From NCBI GenBank assembly GCA_042569985.1, contig JBHPHB010000001.1, positions 1,600 to 65,599 on the forward strand: 64,000 nt of DNA, in the 5' to 3' direction. This document shows, piece by piece, positions 37,852-48,076 of this stretch; the stretch's first letter is position 1; each line of letters starts with the position of its first letter. Source of the stretch: Spirochaetota bacterium (GTDB lineage: Bacteria > Spirochaetota > UBA4802 > UBA5550). Below the pieces are notes generated by a model. It was not told the origin of the DNA and ran no database searches. It saw nothing but the letters and a program-made list of their open reading frames with translations. A program made the position numbers and the translations under genes.

Positions 37852-39137
37852 TGGAAGAAAATAATAGTAAAGACTATAATCTTGCCTACTTAGAAAGGCA
37901 AATGCATAATCTTACAAAGCTTGTGGGAATTAATAATATCATTAATTCCACGCTGGATATTAAAAAACTTCTTTCACTGATCATGGAAATAATTAAAGAT
38001 ATTATGGATGCCGAAGCAAGTACCCTGCTTTTATATGATGAGGAATCTGAAGCACTGGTTTTCAAGGTTGCATTGGGAGAAGCCGGGGAGGAACTCCAGG
38101 AGAAATACAGGGTTTCCCTGGGCCAGGGAATTGCAGGCTGGGTTGCACAAAACAGAAAACCGCTCAATGTCCTTGACGCATATACCGATGAGAGGTTTGA
38201 TCCAAATTTTGATAAAAAGACGGGCTTTAAAACCAAATCAATTCTCTGCACGCCACTGCTGTTTAAAGGCAAACTCCTTGGAGTAATACAGGCTATCAAT
38301 TCCATAACAAAACCGCATTTTGATGATGAAGATGTAAATCTTTTTAAAATTTTCAGTAATCAGGCGGCCCTTGCTGTCCAGAATGCCATGTTTTTCCAGA
38401 ATGCCCTGGAAGAAGAGAGGATTAAAATTGAATTGCAGTCGGCAAAATCAATTCATGAATCACTTGTCCCCATTTATGTAAATAAAATAAATAAGATCAA
38501 TATTGCGGCAAAATCTGTTTCGGCAAGAGAAGTGGGAGGTGAGTTTCATGGGGTGTACAAGATCAGCGATGACCATGTTGGTGTAGCTTTAGTGGATATA
38601 CATCAGAAAGGGCTTCCCGGGGGGCTTCAGGCATCAATAATGAGCGGGGCGTTGAGATCATTGGTATGGACAAAAGGTAAAAATCCTTCACACCTTATAA
38701 AAATACTAAACAGGATTATCTCCGATGATCTAAGTTCCATCAGCAATGTGTCTATCTTTTACGGTTTGGTCGACTGCAGTGAAAATACATTGAATTACAT
38801 TAAAGCCGGTGTTGTTTATCCCATTCTTGTGAGAAATAAAGTTGCCAGGTATTTCAGGTTTGACAGCAAATCTTTTGGCACCGAAAGTTCTGGAATAAAA
38901 AAGGTTAAGGTGAAATTACAAGCGGGGGATATGTTTGTAATAATTACTGACGGAATGCTTAATATTAAAAATAGAAATGGTGTGAAGCTTGGTTTAAAAG
39001 ATGTCATGGCCTGCCTTGAAGGTGATTTCAATAAGCCCGAAGAGGTAATAGAAGGGGTGATTGATTATACCGATAATTTTTATAATGGCCTGGAGAAGAG
39101 GGAAGATATCTCAATTGTTGTTTTTAAGGTAGACTGA
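37851..39137 (+). CDS. GAF domain plus PP2C-type (SpoIIE/RsbU family) serine phosphatase
   Basis: GAF-like N-terminal half. PP2C-like C-terminal half with GGEFHGVY...VALVDIHQKGLPGG...FVIITDGML. Start overlaps pyrG stop (taATGg). Confidence 0.7.
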   Translation: MEENNSKDYNLAYLERQMHNLTKLVGINNIINSTLDIKKLLSLIMEIIKDIMDAEASTLLLYDEESEALVFKVALGEAGEELQEKYRVSLGQGIAGWVAQNRKPLNVLDAYTDERFDPNFDKKTGFKTKSILCTPLLFKGKLLGVIQAINSITKPHFDDEDVNLFKIFSNQAALAVQNAMFFQNALEEERIKIELQSAKSIHESLVPIYVNKINKINIAAKSVSAREVGGEFHGVYKISDDHVGVALVDIHQKGLPGGLQASIMSGALRSLVWTKGKNPSHLIKILNRIISDDLSSISNVSIFYGLVDCSENTLNYIKAGVVYPILVRNKVARYFRFDSKSFGTESSGIKKVKVKLQAGDMFVIITDGMLNIKNRNGVKLGLKDVMACLEGDFNKPEEVIEGVIDYTDNFYNGLEKREDISIVVFKVD

Positions 39138-39197
39138 AGAGTTTCTGATTTTTAGTTTTATCATAAACAAATTTTACCAAAAAAATTAGAGGTTGTC

Positions 39198-39416
39198 ATG
39201 AGTAACTATGTTTCAGTAATCTTTTGTAGGAATTGCAGCTCAAGATATGTTGAAGTATCTAAGTGGACTGCTGACGGGAAGGCGATTTTTCACTGTAGAA
39301 CCTGTGGGAATAGTATGGAAACATCAAAGTTTACTCTGGGCAGGGCCAGTGTCAATAATTCGGGTTTGCAGGAAGCACGTGATACAATTGCCAAAAAGGG
39401 TAAGTATGAGAAGTAA
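39198..39416 (+). CDS. Small zinc-ribbon protein, hypothetical
   Basis: CRNC...CRTC Cys pairs 24 aa apart. aggttg RBS-like sequence upstream. Confidence 0.4.
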   Translation: MSNYVSVIFCRNCSSRYVEVSKWTADGKAIFHCRTCGNSMETSKFTLGRASVNNSGLQEARDTIAKKGKYEK

Positions 39417-39418
39417 TG

Positions 39419-40240
39419 TTAATTATACTTCCTAAATATTCTTTTTGTAATTACCTGAATAAAGAAGAAAATCACTCTAATAAATCTTCCTATCCTCCAG
39501 GGTTTTGTAATAATTCTGTAAAACCAGTCCAGGTTGCGTTCCATAAAGTAGGGAGGCGCTTTTCTGATTTCACCTGAAATAATATCAATGCATCCGCCCA
39601 CACTTATAAATATGGTATTATTAAACTCTTTTTTAACTCTATTTATCCATAAAATGTCTTTTGGGAATCCAAGGCCCACAAGCACTATGTTTGCCTGGGA
39701 TTTTCTAATTGCCTCAACAACGGATACTTCTCTTTCACTATTGAAGTAGCCGCCATGCCTGCCCACTATCCTGATTTTTGGGAATGATTTTTTAATATTT
39801 GAAAAGGCCTTCTCAACTATTTCCGGTTTTGCGCCAACAAGAAATATTGTATATTCTTTAATTTCAGAAATTCTAACAAGGTCCATAATAAAGCTTATCA
39901 GGGAGATAGTCTCTTTTAAAGGATTTTTCAGCATTTTCGATGCCCATTTTATTCCGGCACCGCAGGCAATACGCATATCGGCCCTGTTAGAAATGAGCTT
40001 AATGTCGTTGTTTGCTTTTATTCTTTTTATTTTGTAGGGATTCAGAGGAATGATATGATGAACATTCCCCTCTGCTATCATATCCATTACTTTAACAACT
40101 GCCTGGGATCTGGTGAAATTATTAATTCCAACGCCAAGAATATTTACAATATTAGCATCATCAATACTAACCTGGTTGTATTCAAGTATGAGGTCTCTCT
40201 CTTCCTTGTAAGAGTCATAATATATGGAATCGTCTGCCAT
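39419..40240 (-). CDS. WecB/TagA/CpsF-family glycosyltransferase
   Basis: Size and conserved pattern (VLNNSHAV-like NVHHIIPLNPYKI...IFLVGAKPEIVEKA...DILWINRV) consistent with the family. From memory. Confidence 0.5.
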   Translation of the reverse strand: MADDSIYYDSYKEERDLILEYNQVSIDDANIVNILGVGINNFTRSQAVVKVMDMIAEGNVHHIIPLNPYKIKRIKANNDIKLISNRADMRIACGAGIKWASKMLKNPLKETISLISFIMDLVRISEIKEYTIFLVGAKPEIVEKAFSNIKKSFPKIRIVGRHGGYFNSEREVSVVEAIRKSQANIVLVGLGFPKDILWINRVKKEFNNTIFISVGGCIDIISGEIRKAPPYFMERNLDWFYRIITKPWRIGRFIRVIFFFIQVITKRIFRKYN

Positions 40241-40280
40241 TAAAATTCCACCTCCAAATTAATTTTGCATAAAGTAAAGT

Positions 40281-41546
40281 TTAGTATTCTCTTTTTATAG
40301 CACAAAAATCCCCGCACATAGAGCACTGGTCATCCTCTCCTGAGGGGCTTTCTTCCCGATAAGATTTTGTCTTTTCAATATCAATTGAAAGTTCAAACAT
40401 TTTTTTCCAATTTCTTTCCTTTCTGGCACGAGACATATCATTGTCCCATTTCATTGCTTTTTTGCCAAGCTTTACTAAATCTGCCGCATGGGCTGCAATT
40501 TTTGATGCTATAACACCCTCCCTGACATCTTCAACTGTGGGTAGCCGTAAATGCTCAGCAGGGGTAACATAACATAAGAAGTCAGCACCGCTTGATGCTG
40601 CAATTGCTCCTCCGATGGCAGACGTAATATGGTCATATCCGGGTGCAATATCAGTAACCAGTGGACCCAGAACATAATACGGGGCTCCATTGCAAAGGTC
40701 TTTCTCAAGTCTAACATTGTCTGCTATCATGTCAAGCTTAACATGCCCCGGGCCTTCAATTATTGCCTGCACATCCCTGTCCCTGGCCCTTTGCGCAAGG
40801 TCTCCCAGGATTATCATTTCATGTATTTGCCCACGGTCACTTGCATCATGAATAGCTCCGGGTCTTAAACCGTCTCCAAGGCTAATGACTATGTTATATT
40901 CTCTTAAAATATCTAAAATCTTATCATAGTGTTCATACAATGGATTTTCTTTATTATTTTTTTTCATCCACTCAGCTAATATTGATCCCCCTCTGCTGGT
41001 GATCCCCACAATCCTTTCCTGGGAATTTAATGATTCGATGGCCTTTACGGTGACTCCAGAATGAATTGTCATGAAATCCACTCCGTCTTCTGCCTGCCGG
41101 ATGATCACTTTAAGGAAATCATCAATTGTCATATCAATCAATGATTTCTTTTTATTCATCATGTCCAACGCCACTTCGTACAGGGGAACCGTGCCAAGGG
41201 GGACACTTGAATTCTCAAGAATTTCTTTTCTGAAATGGGATACATTGCCCCCAATGCTGAGGTCCATAATGGTATCTGCACCCGCTTTTATTGCAACATT
41301 CAGCTTTTCGAGCTCAACATCCAGGTCAAAGAGGTCGGGAGATGATCCGATATTAGCATTAATCTTGGTGCGAAGCCCTCTGCCAATGGCGACAGGATTG
41401 ATATCTCTCCTATTGTTCCTAAATACTGCAATTTCACCCTTAGCGAAATACTCAAGAAGTTCTTCCATGGGTATCTCTTCAACTTTCGAAATATATTCAA
41501 GTTCGGTAGTAACAGTATTGTCTTTTGCTTTTTTGAAAATATTCAT
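40281..41546 (-). CDS. thiC: Phosphomethylpyrimidine synthase
   Basis: C-terminal radical-SAM-type CSMCGDFCAIK motif and conserved ThiC core. Confidence 0.9.
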   Translation of the reverse strand: MNIFKKAKDNTVTTELEYISKVEEIPMEELLEYFAKGEIAVFRNNRRDINPVAIGRGLRTKINANIGSSPDLFDLDVELEKLNVAIKAGADTIMDLSIGGNVSHFRKEILENSSVPLGTVPLYEVALDMMNKKKSLIDMTIDDFLKVIIRQAEDGVDFMTIHSGVTVKAIESLNSQERIVGITSRGGSILAEWMKKNNKENPLYEHYDKILDILREYNIVISLGDGLRPGAIHDASDRGQIHEMIILGDLAQRARDRDVQAIIEGPGHVKLDMIADNVRLEKDLCNGAPYYVLGPLVTDIAPGYDHITSAIGGAIAASSGADFLCYVTPAEHLRLPTVEDVREGVIASKIAAHAADLVKLGKKAMKWDNDMSRARKERNWKKMFELSIDIEKTKSYREESPSGEDDQCSMCGDFCAIKREY

Positions 41547-41987
41547 AATTATATTTTTACACTTATTCTCATTAGATTAATTGTGTAAACCTGGGGATTA
41601 GGAGATACTTAGGGATTGGTGGTTCATTTCTGAAAGTTGTCTATTCCTAAGACTTATTTTCCCGGGAAACTCCTTTTTTTACACAAAGTACTGGTTTCAT
41701 ATATTTTTAGTAATCAAAATAATGGAGGAAAATTATTTGGCTGTTTGATAAGTGTCAATGATAATTCATGAGATTTATTAATTTATTGAAAGAATTTAAA
41801 TAATTATCAAATTGATGCTATAATAGTATTTATTAGAAAATTGTGGAATATTTTTTTTACAAAATTCACCGGTAAGGGTGAAAATGCCACAGGAGCAGTT
41901 GATTTTTCATTGACACTGGAGATAAATTCACATTAATAATCATTATAGAAACGATGTTATAATGGAATTTCGAAAATGAAGGTGGAT

Positions 41988-42773
41988 ATGAATAGGTTTA
42001 GCGAAATTAAGAAATTTGTTGAATTTGATTTTAGTAAAAACATTATAATTGAGCCGAAATCAAGATATTTAAAATTAAAGGAAATGCTCTTTGAAGTAAT
42101 AGATACTTATAATCCCCAGGTCATTGTTAAAGCAGGTTTGGGAAATGGAAAATTGCTCTTTGAAATAGCGGAGAATTATGATTCCCTAGTTGTTGTAGTA
42201 GAACCTTCCTATGATAATGTTAAAAATTTTTTGGAACTCCATAAGGGTTCCGGGGCTCTTGAACAGATTAAGTTCATTGTGGGTAACTTTGAAGAGTTTC
42301 CCGTTGATTATTATGCTGCGAACCTGTTAATTAATATTGATATGTTCGATTTCATTGAATCGAATAAGGTCCTCGATGAATTTAGAAGGGCTATAGAATT
42401 TGAGTCAATCCTCTTTATTGCTTCTGTGGTTTTACATGAGGATGATATTGAAGGAGTTTATGACGATTTTATGAAGGTTGCCTTCCCAATTCACAATGAC
42501 TATTATCTTGAAGTGGATTTAAAAACATTTATGGACCTCAATGAATTTAAATTTATTAAAGGCAAATTGGAATACTTTGAAGAGAATATCCCGGGCCAGC
42601 TTGATTATTTTGATGAATTGTATAATAGCAAAAAGGATGCACTGGACTTTATTAAAAAGAACAGGGAAGATTTTAACACACTTTATGGATTTAATGAAAA
42701 TATAGTCAATCTTCCGTATTTTTCCGGGATATTTATGAGAAATAAAATACAGCCAAAGGATTCAAAGCTATAA
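41988..42773 (+). CDS. Class I methyltransferase-like protein, hypothetical, co-transcribed with aroA
   Basis: Motif-I-like VIVKAGLGNGKLLFEIA followed by acidic beta-2 end LVVVVEPS. ATG at 41988 preferred (aaggtgg RBS). Stop overlaps aroA start (ATGA). Confidence 0.4.
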   Translation: MNRFSEIKKFVEFDFSKNIIIEPKSRYLKLKEMLFEVIDTYNPQVIVKAGLGNGKLLFEIAENYDSLVVVVEPSYDNVKNFLELHKGSGALEQIKFIVGNFEEFPVDYYAANLLINIDMFDFIESNKVLDEFRRAIEFESILFIASVVLHEDDIEGVYDDFMKVAFPIHNDYYLEVDLKTFMDLNEFKFIKGKLEYFEENIPGQLDYFDELYNSKKDALDFIKKNREDFNTLYGFNENIVNLPYFSGIFMRNKIQPKDSKL

Positions 42774-44044
42774 TGAAATTTATTTCAAAAAAATCGGAGA
42801 TATCCGGTGAAGTTCATATCCCCGGGTCAAAATCGCATACAATCAGGGCTTTAGTTTTTGGTTTATTGAGCCAGGGGGAGTCGGTTATCGAATATCCCCT
42901 GGATTCCTCTGATACAAGGTCATGTCTTGATATGATAGAAAAATTCGGGGCAAAAGTGGAAATCCTGAAGAACCTGTGGAAAGTATCCGGAGTTGGCTCC
43001 AACATTCCCATTCCAGATAATATTATTGATATTGGGAATTCAGGCACATCATTATATATCGGCCTTGGGATTTCGTCACTGGTGGATGGGCACACGGTTT
43101 TTACCGGTGACAGCCAGATTAGAAATCGCCCGGCAGACGGGCTTATTGGTTCAATAAAAGATCTTGGCGGGGATGCATATTCCACCAGGTCGAACGGTAA
43201 ACCTCCACTTGTTGTAAAGGGGCCTGTAAAAGGCGGGGAAACCTCAATTGAGTCTGTAACTTCACAGTATTTAACATCTTTGCTCATATCAACACCGCTG
43301 GCAAAAAGCGACTCACTAATCAGGGTCCCCCTGTTATACGAAGCTCCCTATGTGACAATGACCCTGGGATGGCTGGACAGGCTTGGAATTGAATATGAAA
43401 ACAGGGATTATAAAGAATTTTATGTGAAGGGAAACCAGCAATACAGGAAGTTTAAAGAATTTATTCCCGCTGATTTTTCATCGGCAACCTTTTTTCTCGT
43501 GGCAGCTGCCATTACGGGGGGAGAATTGAATTTAATGGGCCTTGATTTTACCGATACCCAGGGTGACAGGGAGGTTGTAAATATACTGAAAGAAATGGGT
43601 GCGGAAATAGATATTGGCGAAAGGAATATTAGAATCAGGGGGGGCAGGCTAGAGGGCGGAGTGTTCGATTTAAATGCAATACCCGATTCATTGCCTGCAC
43701 TTTCTGTGGCTGCATGCTTTGCAGAAGGAGAAACAAGGCTGGTAAATGTTCCCCAGGCAAGGTTAAAGGAGACCGACAGAATTTCAGTGATGCACAGGGA
43801 ATTGAAAAAGTTGGGAGCTGATATTGAAGAATTGGATGACGGGTTGATTATAAGGAAGAGCAATCTAGAAGGTGGCGAAGTTGAAGGTTATGGTGACCAC
43901 CGCATTGTCATGGCCTTTTCCGTTTGCGGGCTTGCACTTAAGGGCGGTGTCTCCATAACAACGGCCGAGTCCGTTGATGTGACATTCCCCAACTTTTTAG
44001 AGCTCATGCACAGCATTGGTTCAAAAATTGAGGTGGTTGATTAA
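42773..44044 (+). CDS. aroA: 3-phosphoshikimate 1-carboxyvinyltransferase (EPSP synthase)
   Basis: IGNSGTSLYIG. Conserved R/D residues. 423 aa. Confidence 0.9.
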   Translation: MKFISKKSEISGEVHIPGSKSHTIRALVFGLLSQGESVIEYPLDSSDTRSCLDMIEKFGAKVEILKNLWKVSGVGSNIPIPDNIIDIGNSGTSLYIGLGISSLVDGHTVFTGDSQIRNRPADGLIGSIKDLGGDAYSTRSNGKPPLVVKGPVKGGETSIESVTSQYLTSLLISTPLAKSDSLIRVPLLYEAPYVTMTLGWLDRLGIEYENRDYKEFYVKGNQQYRKFKEFIPADFSSATFFLVAAAITGGELNLMGLDFTDTQGDREVVNILKEMGAEIDIGERNIRIRGGRLEGGVFDLNAIPDSLPALSVAACFAEGETRLVNVPQARLKETDRISVMHRELKKLGADIEELDDGLIIRKSNLEGGEVEGYGDHRIVMAFSVCGLALKGGVSITTAESVDVTFPNFLELMHSIGSKIEVVD

Positions 44045-44122
44045 CAAAAGAGTTGAATTTTAACTCCTGTTTTACAATCTTGTTAATATTATGGATTTTA
44101 ATTATTTCGGAGGTTAAGTCTT

Positions 44123-44512
44123 ATGGCTGTCAGGGGAGTGAGGGGAGCTATTACTGCTGAATCAAACACTAAAGAGGAGATTGTTTCAAAGACCCGGGAA
44201 TTGCTGGATAATCTTGTTAAAAGAAATAATATCGATATAGATGATATTTCTGCTGTCATATTTTCCGCAACCGATGATATTGATGCTGAGTTTCCTGCGG
44301 TGGCAGCAAGAAAACTTGGATGGATTTATACACCTCTTTTTTGTGCCAGGGAAATTCCTGTCCAGGGTAGCCTCAGCGGCGTGGTAAGGGTTTTGATGCT
44401 GGTAAATTCTGATAAAAAACAGAGTGAAATAGTCCAGGTTTACATGCATGGGGCAGAAAAATTGAGGCCCGATCTTAATCATGAGAATCATGACAAATAC
44501 TATTCATCATAG
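44123..44512 (+). CDS. aroH: Chorismate mutase, AroH type
   Basis: MAVRGVRGAITAE start characteristic of AroH-class chorismate mutases. ~125 aa. ggagg RBS. Confidence 0.8.
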   Translation: MAVRGVRGAITAESNTKEEIVSKTRELLDNLVKRNNIDIDDISAVIFSATDDIDAEFPAVAARKLGWIYTPLFCAREIPVQGSLSGVVRVLMLVNSDKKQSEIVQVYMHGAEKLRPDLNHENHDKYYSS

Positions 44513-44570
44513 GCAGATTTTTGAAAGACAATAAATTATTCCTTACCCGGGACTGACATATAGGTTTTCA

Positions 44571-45344
44571 ATGAAAGAAAAATATAAGAAAATTGTTTTA
44601 TTATTATCCATCTTTTTTGTTGTAATTTACAGTGAGCTTAAATCTCAGGAGAGCAGAAAAGTTGAAATTACTGCGCAGGGGATTTTGGCAAGAGTTGACC
44701 GGGTAATGGAGTATCCCCGTGGTGAAATTAAGGGTATTATTAAACATATAATGCCCGACGGGAAATCCTTTTCCATATATTTTAAAGGATGCATCACAAA
44801 GGAAGATTTTTTATTTATATTCAGAAGTAAGACGAGGGGGATGCAGCTTAAAGTCCTCTATAATTTAAGCGGTGAAGAAATATGGGTATTTAATATTCTA
44901 TCCATTAAGCTGTATAATAAAAAGGGAATTGATAAATACGATTCGATTTTAGGGACTAACTTTTTCTACATTGATCTTTCAAATGCCGATTTGCAAAGCA
45001 ACTATACAGCTTCAATTGTTGGTTCTGCCATTGTAAAGGGGTTTGACGCTTACAAACTAAAGCTGAAACCAATTTTTAAAGCAGGGCTGTATGGCTCTCT
45101 CACCCTTTATGTAAAAAAAGATAATTATATTCCACTGCAGATCGATTTTCACGATCGGGATAATGCTTTATTTAAATTTATGACAATTGCCAAGGTTAGA
45201 AAGCGCGGGAAAAGGGTAATTCCCATAAGGTACGACATGATGCATCTTAGAAGGGGAACCGTTACCATCCTCAACTTTTTCAGTTTCGATGAAGACGTAA
45301 AATTCGAAAAAGAAATATTTCGATCTGAAAAACTTGGCGGTTAA
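44571..45344 (+). CDS. Secreted LolA-like / outer-membrane lipoprotein-sorting-family protein, hypothetical
   Basis: Signal peptide. ~250 aa size/pattern. Low-confidence fold guess. Confidence 0.35.
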   Translation: MKEKYKKIVLLLSIFFVVIYSELKSQESRKVEITAQGILARVDRVMEYPRGEIKGIIKHIMPDGKSFSIYFKGCITKEDFLFIFRSKTRGMQLKVLYNLSGEEIWVFNILSIKLYNKKGIDKYDSILGTNFFYIDLSNADLQSNYTASIVGSAIVKGFDAYKLKLKPIFKAGLYGSLTLYVKKDNYIPLQIDFHDRDNALFKFMTIAKVRKRGKRVIPIRYDMMHLRRGTVTILNFFSFDEDVKFEKEIFRSEKLGG

Positions 45345-46125
45345 TCAAATGCCTCAATACTTTATTAATTCTTCCGGTATAAAAGATAACAAGTGCGTGA
45401 TTGAGGGCGATGATTATCACCATCTGGCCAGGGTAAGGCGTATAAAAAAAAATGATTCCATTCAGCTTAGAGATGAAAGGGGCATTTTGATTAATGCCAG
45501 GATCAGTAATATCACCCCCGCGGCTATTGAGCTTGAGATTCTTGATAAAGTATCAAATACTCAAATGCCAATTGATTTAAATCTATGCACCTGTTTAATA
45601 AAGGGAAAGAAATTTGATATAGTTGTGCAGAAGGCCGTTGAAATTGGCGTAAATTGCCTTATGCCGATTATTTCTGAAAGAACCATTCGCATACCGGAGA
45701 AGAATATAGCCACTAAGGTTAACAGGTGGAGGCGTATTGCCGCAGATGCCGCAAAACAGTGCCTTCGGGAAAATCTTCCTGTTGTTAAAGATATTCATTC
45801 TTTTGAGAATTTAATTGATTCAGATTATCCCGGTTTAAAGTTAATTGCCCATCCCGGAGGTGAAGATGAAAATAGTGATTTTCCCGGTGAATCTATGCGT
45901 AATTATATAATGAATAATAGCAGAAATGCCGGCGAAATCGACAGTGTCTATCTTCTTACGGGCCCCGAAGGGGGTTTTAGTGATGTGGAGCTTGAAAAAG
46001 CATGCAAAAAGGGGTGGTTAAAGTTCAGCTTTGGCTTTACCCAGTTAAGGGCTGAAACAGCTGCAATTGCTTTCTCGTCAATAATTATCTATGAGTGGAT
46101 GAAAATCAAGGGGGAGGTTAAATGA
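45334..46125 (+). CDS. rsmE: 16S rRNA (uracil1498-N3)-methyltransferase
   Basis: N-terminal PUA-like start MPQYFINSSGI...GDDYHHLARVRRIKKNDSIQL. C-terminal SPOUT knot. Confidence 0.8.
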   Translation: MAVNQMPQYFINSSGIKDNKCVIEGDDYHHLARVRRIKKNDSIQLRDERGILINARISNITPAAIELEILDKVSNTQMPIDLNLCTCLIKGKKFDIVVQKAVEIGVNCLMPIISERTIRIPEKNIATKVNRWRRIAADAAKQCLRENLPVVKDIHSFENLIDSDYPGLKLIAHPGGEDENSDFPGESMRNYIMNNSRNAGEIDSVYLLTGPEGGFSDVELEKACKKGWLKFSFGFTQLRAETAAIAFSSIIIYEWMKIKGEVK

Positions 46126-46319
46126 ATATAAGGCTAAATGGGGAGGATGTTGATTTTAACGGATCAAATGTTCATGATGTCATAATTTTTTATAAGCTGA
46201 AACCTGAAAGTGTTGTTGTTGAAAAGAACGGGGAAATAGTCCACCGGGAAAAATATGCCGAAGAAAATATAAAAGACGGGGATGTTATCGAAATTGTGAG
46301 GTTTGTTGGCGGCGGATAA
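46122..46319 (+). CDS. thiS: ThiS/MoaD-family sulfur carrier protein
   Basis: 65 aa ending GGG. Overlaps rsmE stop by 4 nt. Confidence 0.6.
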   Translation: MNIRLNGEDVDFNGSNVHDVIIFYKLKPESVVVEKNGEIVHREKYAEENIKDGDVIEIVRFVGGG

Positions 46320-46332
46320 TTTAGACCGGGGA

Positions 46333-46719
46333 TTATTCAATTAAAAAGCTGAAGAAGTTTAATACTTCCGTTTCGGAGTGAAGAATCTTGATAAAGTTCT
46401 GCAGTTTGACAATTTTAAAAATATCTTTAATTTGAGACGGAACATCGAGAAAGGCAATTTCACCTTTATTGGCCCTTATTATTTTTGCTGTTTTTATAAA
46501 TGCGCCAATACCGGAACTGTCAATGTATTCCATTTCTTTCATGTCCACAATGATTTTTAATGCGCCTCCATTGATGAGAGTGTTTATGAAATGTATAATG
46601 TAATTTATATTACTCCCATCAACACCCTTTTTAAGGCATATTCTAAAAATAATATGATTGAAATTCAATGAGTCATCGGCAAGGGGATTGATTTTGATTA
46701 TATCACAGTGGACATCCAT
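46333..46719 (-). CDS. STAS-domain anti-sigma-factor antagonist (SpoIIAA/RsbV-like), paralog 4 of 4
   Basis: DMKEMEYIDSSGIGAFIKTAK. Conserved phosphorylatable Ser context DSSG. Confidence 0.75.
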   Translation of the reverse strand: MDVHCDIIKINPLADDSLNFNHIIFRICLKKGVDGSNINYIIHFINTLINGGALKIIVDMKEMEYIDSSGIGAFIKTAKIIRANKGEIAFLDVPSQIKDIFKIVKLQNFIKILHSETEVLNFFSFLIE

Positions 46720-46762
46720 TTATTAATCCTGTTGAAAATTATAAAATATATTTGGAACATTA

Positions 46763-47137
46763 TCATACATTAAGTTTAAGAAATTTTATCGCCTCTTCCT
46801 CTGATTCAAAGATTTGGATAAACCTTTGAAGGTTTACTGGCCTGAATATATTAAGAATGTTTTCGGGAACCCTGATTAATCCGATATCTCCTTTTTTTGT
46901 CCTTAACAATTTTGCGGAATTTATCAGCATGCCTATGCCCTGGCTGTCGATAAAATCTAAATTATTCATATCTATGATTATTTTATTGAGCCCGCCGTCT
47001 ATTAATGTTTTCAGGATTTTCCAGAGGTTATTTGTTTCATCTCTATCAATAACATCGGCTGCTTTTACTTTTAAGATGACGGAGTCATGTTCGATCTTTT
47101 CCTCATTCCTTGATGTTTGCAATATCGTGAAGTTCAT
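46763..47137 (-). CDS. STAS-domain anti-sigma-factor antagonist, paralog 3 of 4
   Basis: DMNNLDFIDSQGIGMLINSAK. RVPENILNIFRPVNLQRF. Confidence 0.75.
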   Translation of the reverse strand: MNFTILQTSRNEEKIEHDSVILKVKAADVIDRDETNNLWKILKTLIDGGLNKIIIDMNNLDFIDSQGIGMLINSAKLLRTKKGDIGLIRVPENILNIFRPVNLQRFIQIFESEEEAIKFLKLNV

Positions 47138-47179
47138 ATTAATTTATTATAAAATGAGAATATATAATCTCCCTTGTAT

Positions 47180-47560
47180 TTAATAATTATATAAAAATTC
47201 CAATGCTTCATTTTCTTTATCAAATATTTTTATAAAATTTTGAAGGTTAATAATCTTAAGTACATGTTTTATTTCATGGGGTACATTCATTATAACCAGC
47301 GTGCCGGAATTATCATTTAACTGCTTTGCTGTGTTTATTAGAATCCCAATGCCGGAACTGCTAATGTATTCTAAGTTTTCCATGTCTACAAGTATTTTTT
47401 TTGCCCCACCGCTAATTAATATATCCATGAACAATGACAGGTTATGGGAATTATCAATATTAATTTCATCGTACAACAGGGCCTTGAATATTATTTTGCT
47501 ATAATCAAAAATATCACTTTTTACCGTGGCCTCACATATTGTGTCAAAAGCTATTTTCAT
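47180..47560 (-). CDS. STAS-domain anti-sigma-factor antagonist, paralog 2 of 4
   Basis: DMENLEYISSSGIGILINTAK. NVPHEIKHVLKIINLQNF. Confidence 0.75.
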   Translation of the reverse strand: MKIAFDTICEATVKSDIFDYSKIIFKALLYDEINIDNSHNLSLFMDILISGGAKKILVDMENLEYISSSGIGILINTAKQLNDNSGTLVIMNVPHEIKHVLKIINLQNFIKIFDKENEALEFLYNY

Positions 47561-47594
47561 TAAAACCTCGTAATATTAGTATAAGTTATAATGG

Positions 47595-47966
47595 CTAAAA
47601 GTATAACGGTATATCCTCTTCCGATTTCAAAATCTTAACCAATTTCTGGAGATTAACTGTTTTAAAAATATTTTCAATATCTTCGGGAAGGTTAATTATG
47701 GCTGTATTCCCGCCTTCCTGATTCAGGGATTTTGCCGTATTGAATAGTACTGCTATTCCCGAACTGTCAATATATTCAAGGTCCATCATATCATATACAA
47801 TATATTTTATACCCCCTTTTATGGTGGTTGATAAGAAAATCCAGAGGTCCTTTGATGTATCAAAATCTAATACGCCTTTCAATTCGATTTTCATTACTAT
47901 TGTATCAAAATCAATCTCGTGGGTTAACCTGGGAGAGAGTTTTATGATCTTGCATATACTTTCCAT
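47595..47966 (-). CDS. STAS-domain anti-sigma-factor antagonist, paralog 1 of 4
   Basis: DMMDLEYIDSSGIAVLFNTAK. NLPEDIENIFKTVNLQKL. Confidence 0.75.
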   Translation of the reverse strand: MESICKIIKLSPRLTHEIDFDTIVMKIELKGVLDFDTSKDLWIFLSTTIKGGIKYIVYDMMDLEYIDSSGIAVLFNTAKSLNQEGGNTAIINLPEDIENIFKTVNLQKLVKILKSEEDIPLYF

Positions 47967-48076
47967 TATAATCCCTTTTTGAAAATATTAAGTAACATCC
48001 TGTTGATATACCACTTATAGTAATAGTAATTTAAATTCAATATAGATTTATCATTGAGCCAAAAAAAATATCATTT

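Noticed and set aside
41547-41975. TPP riboswitch upstream of thiC
   Set aside because: Scanned the minus-strand leader for CUGAGA and CCUGAUC/GCGUAGGGA cores and did not find them. Kept only as a negative observation needing covariance-model confirmation.
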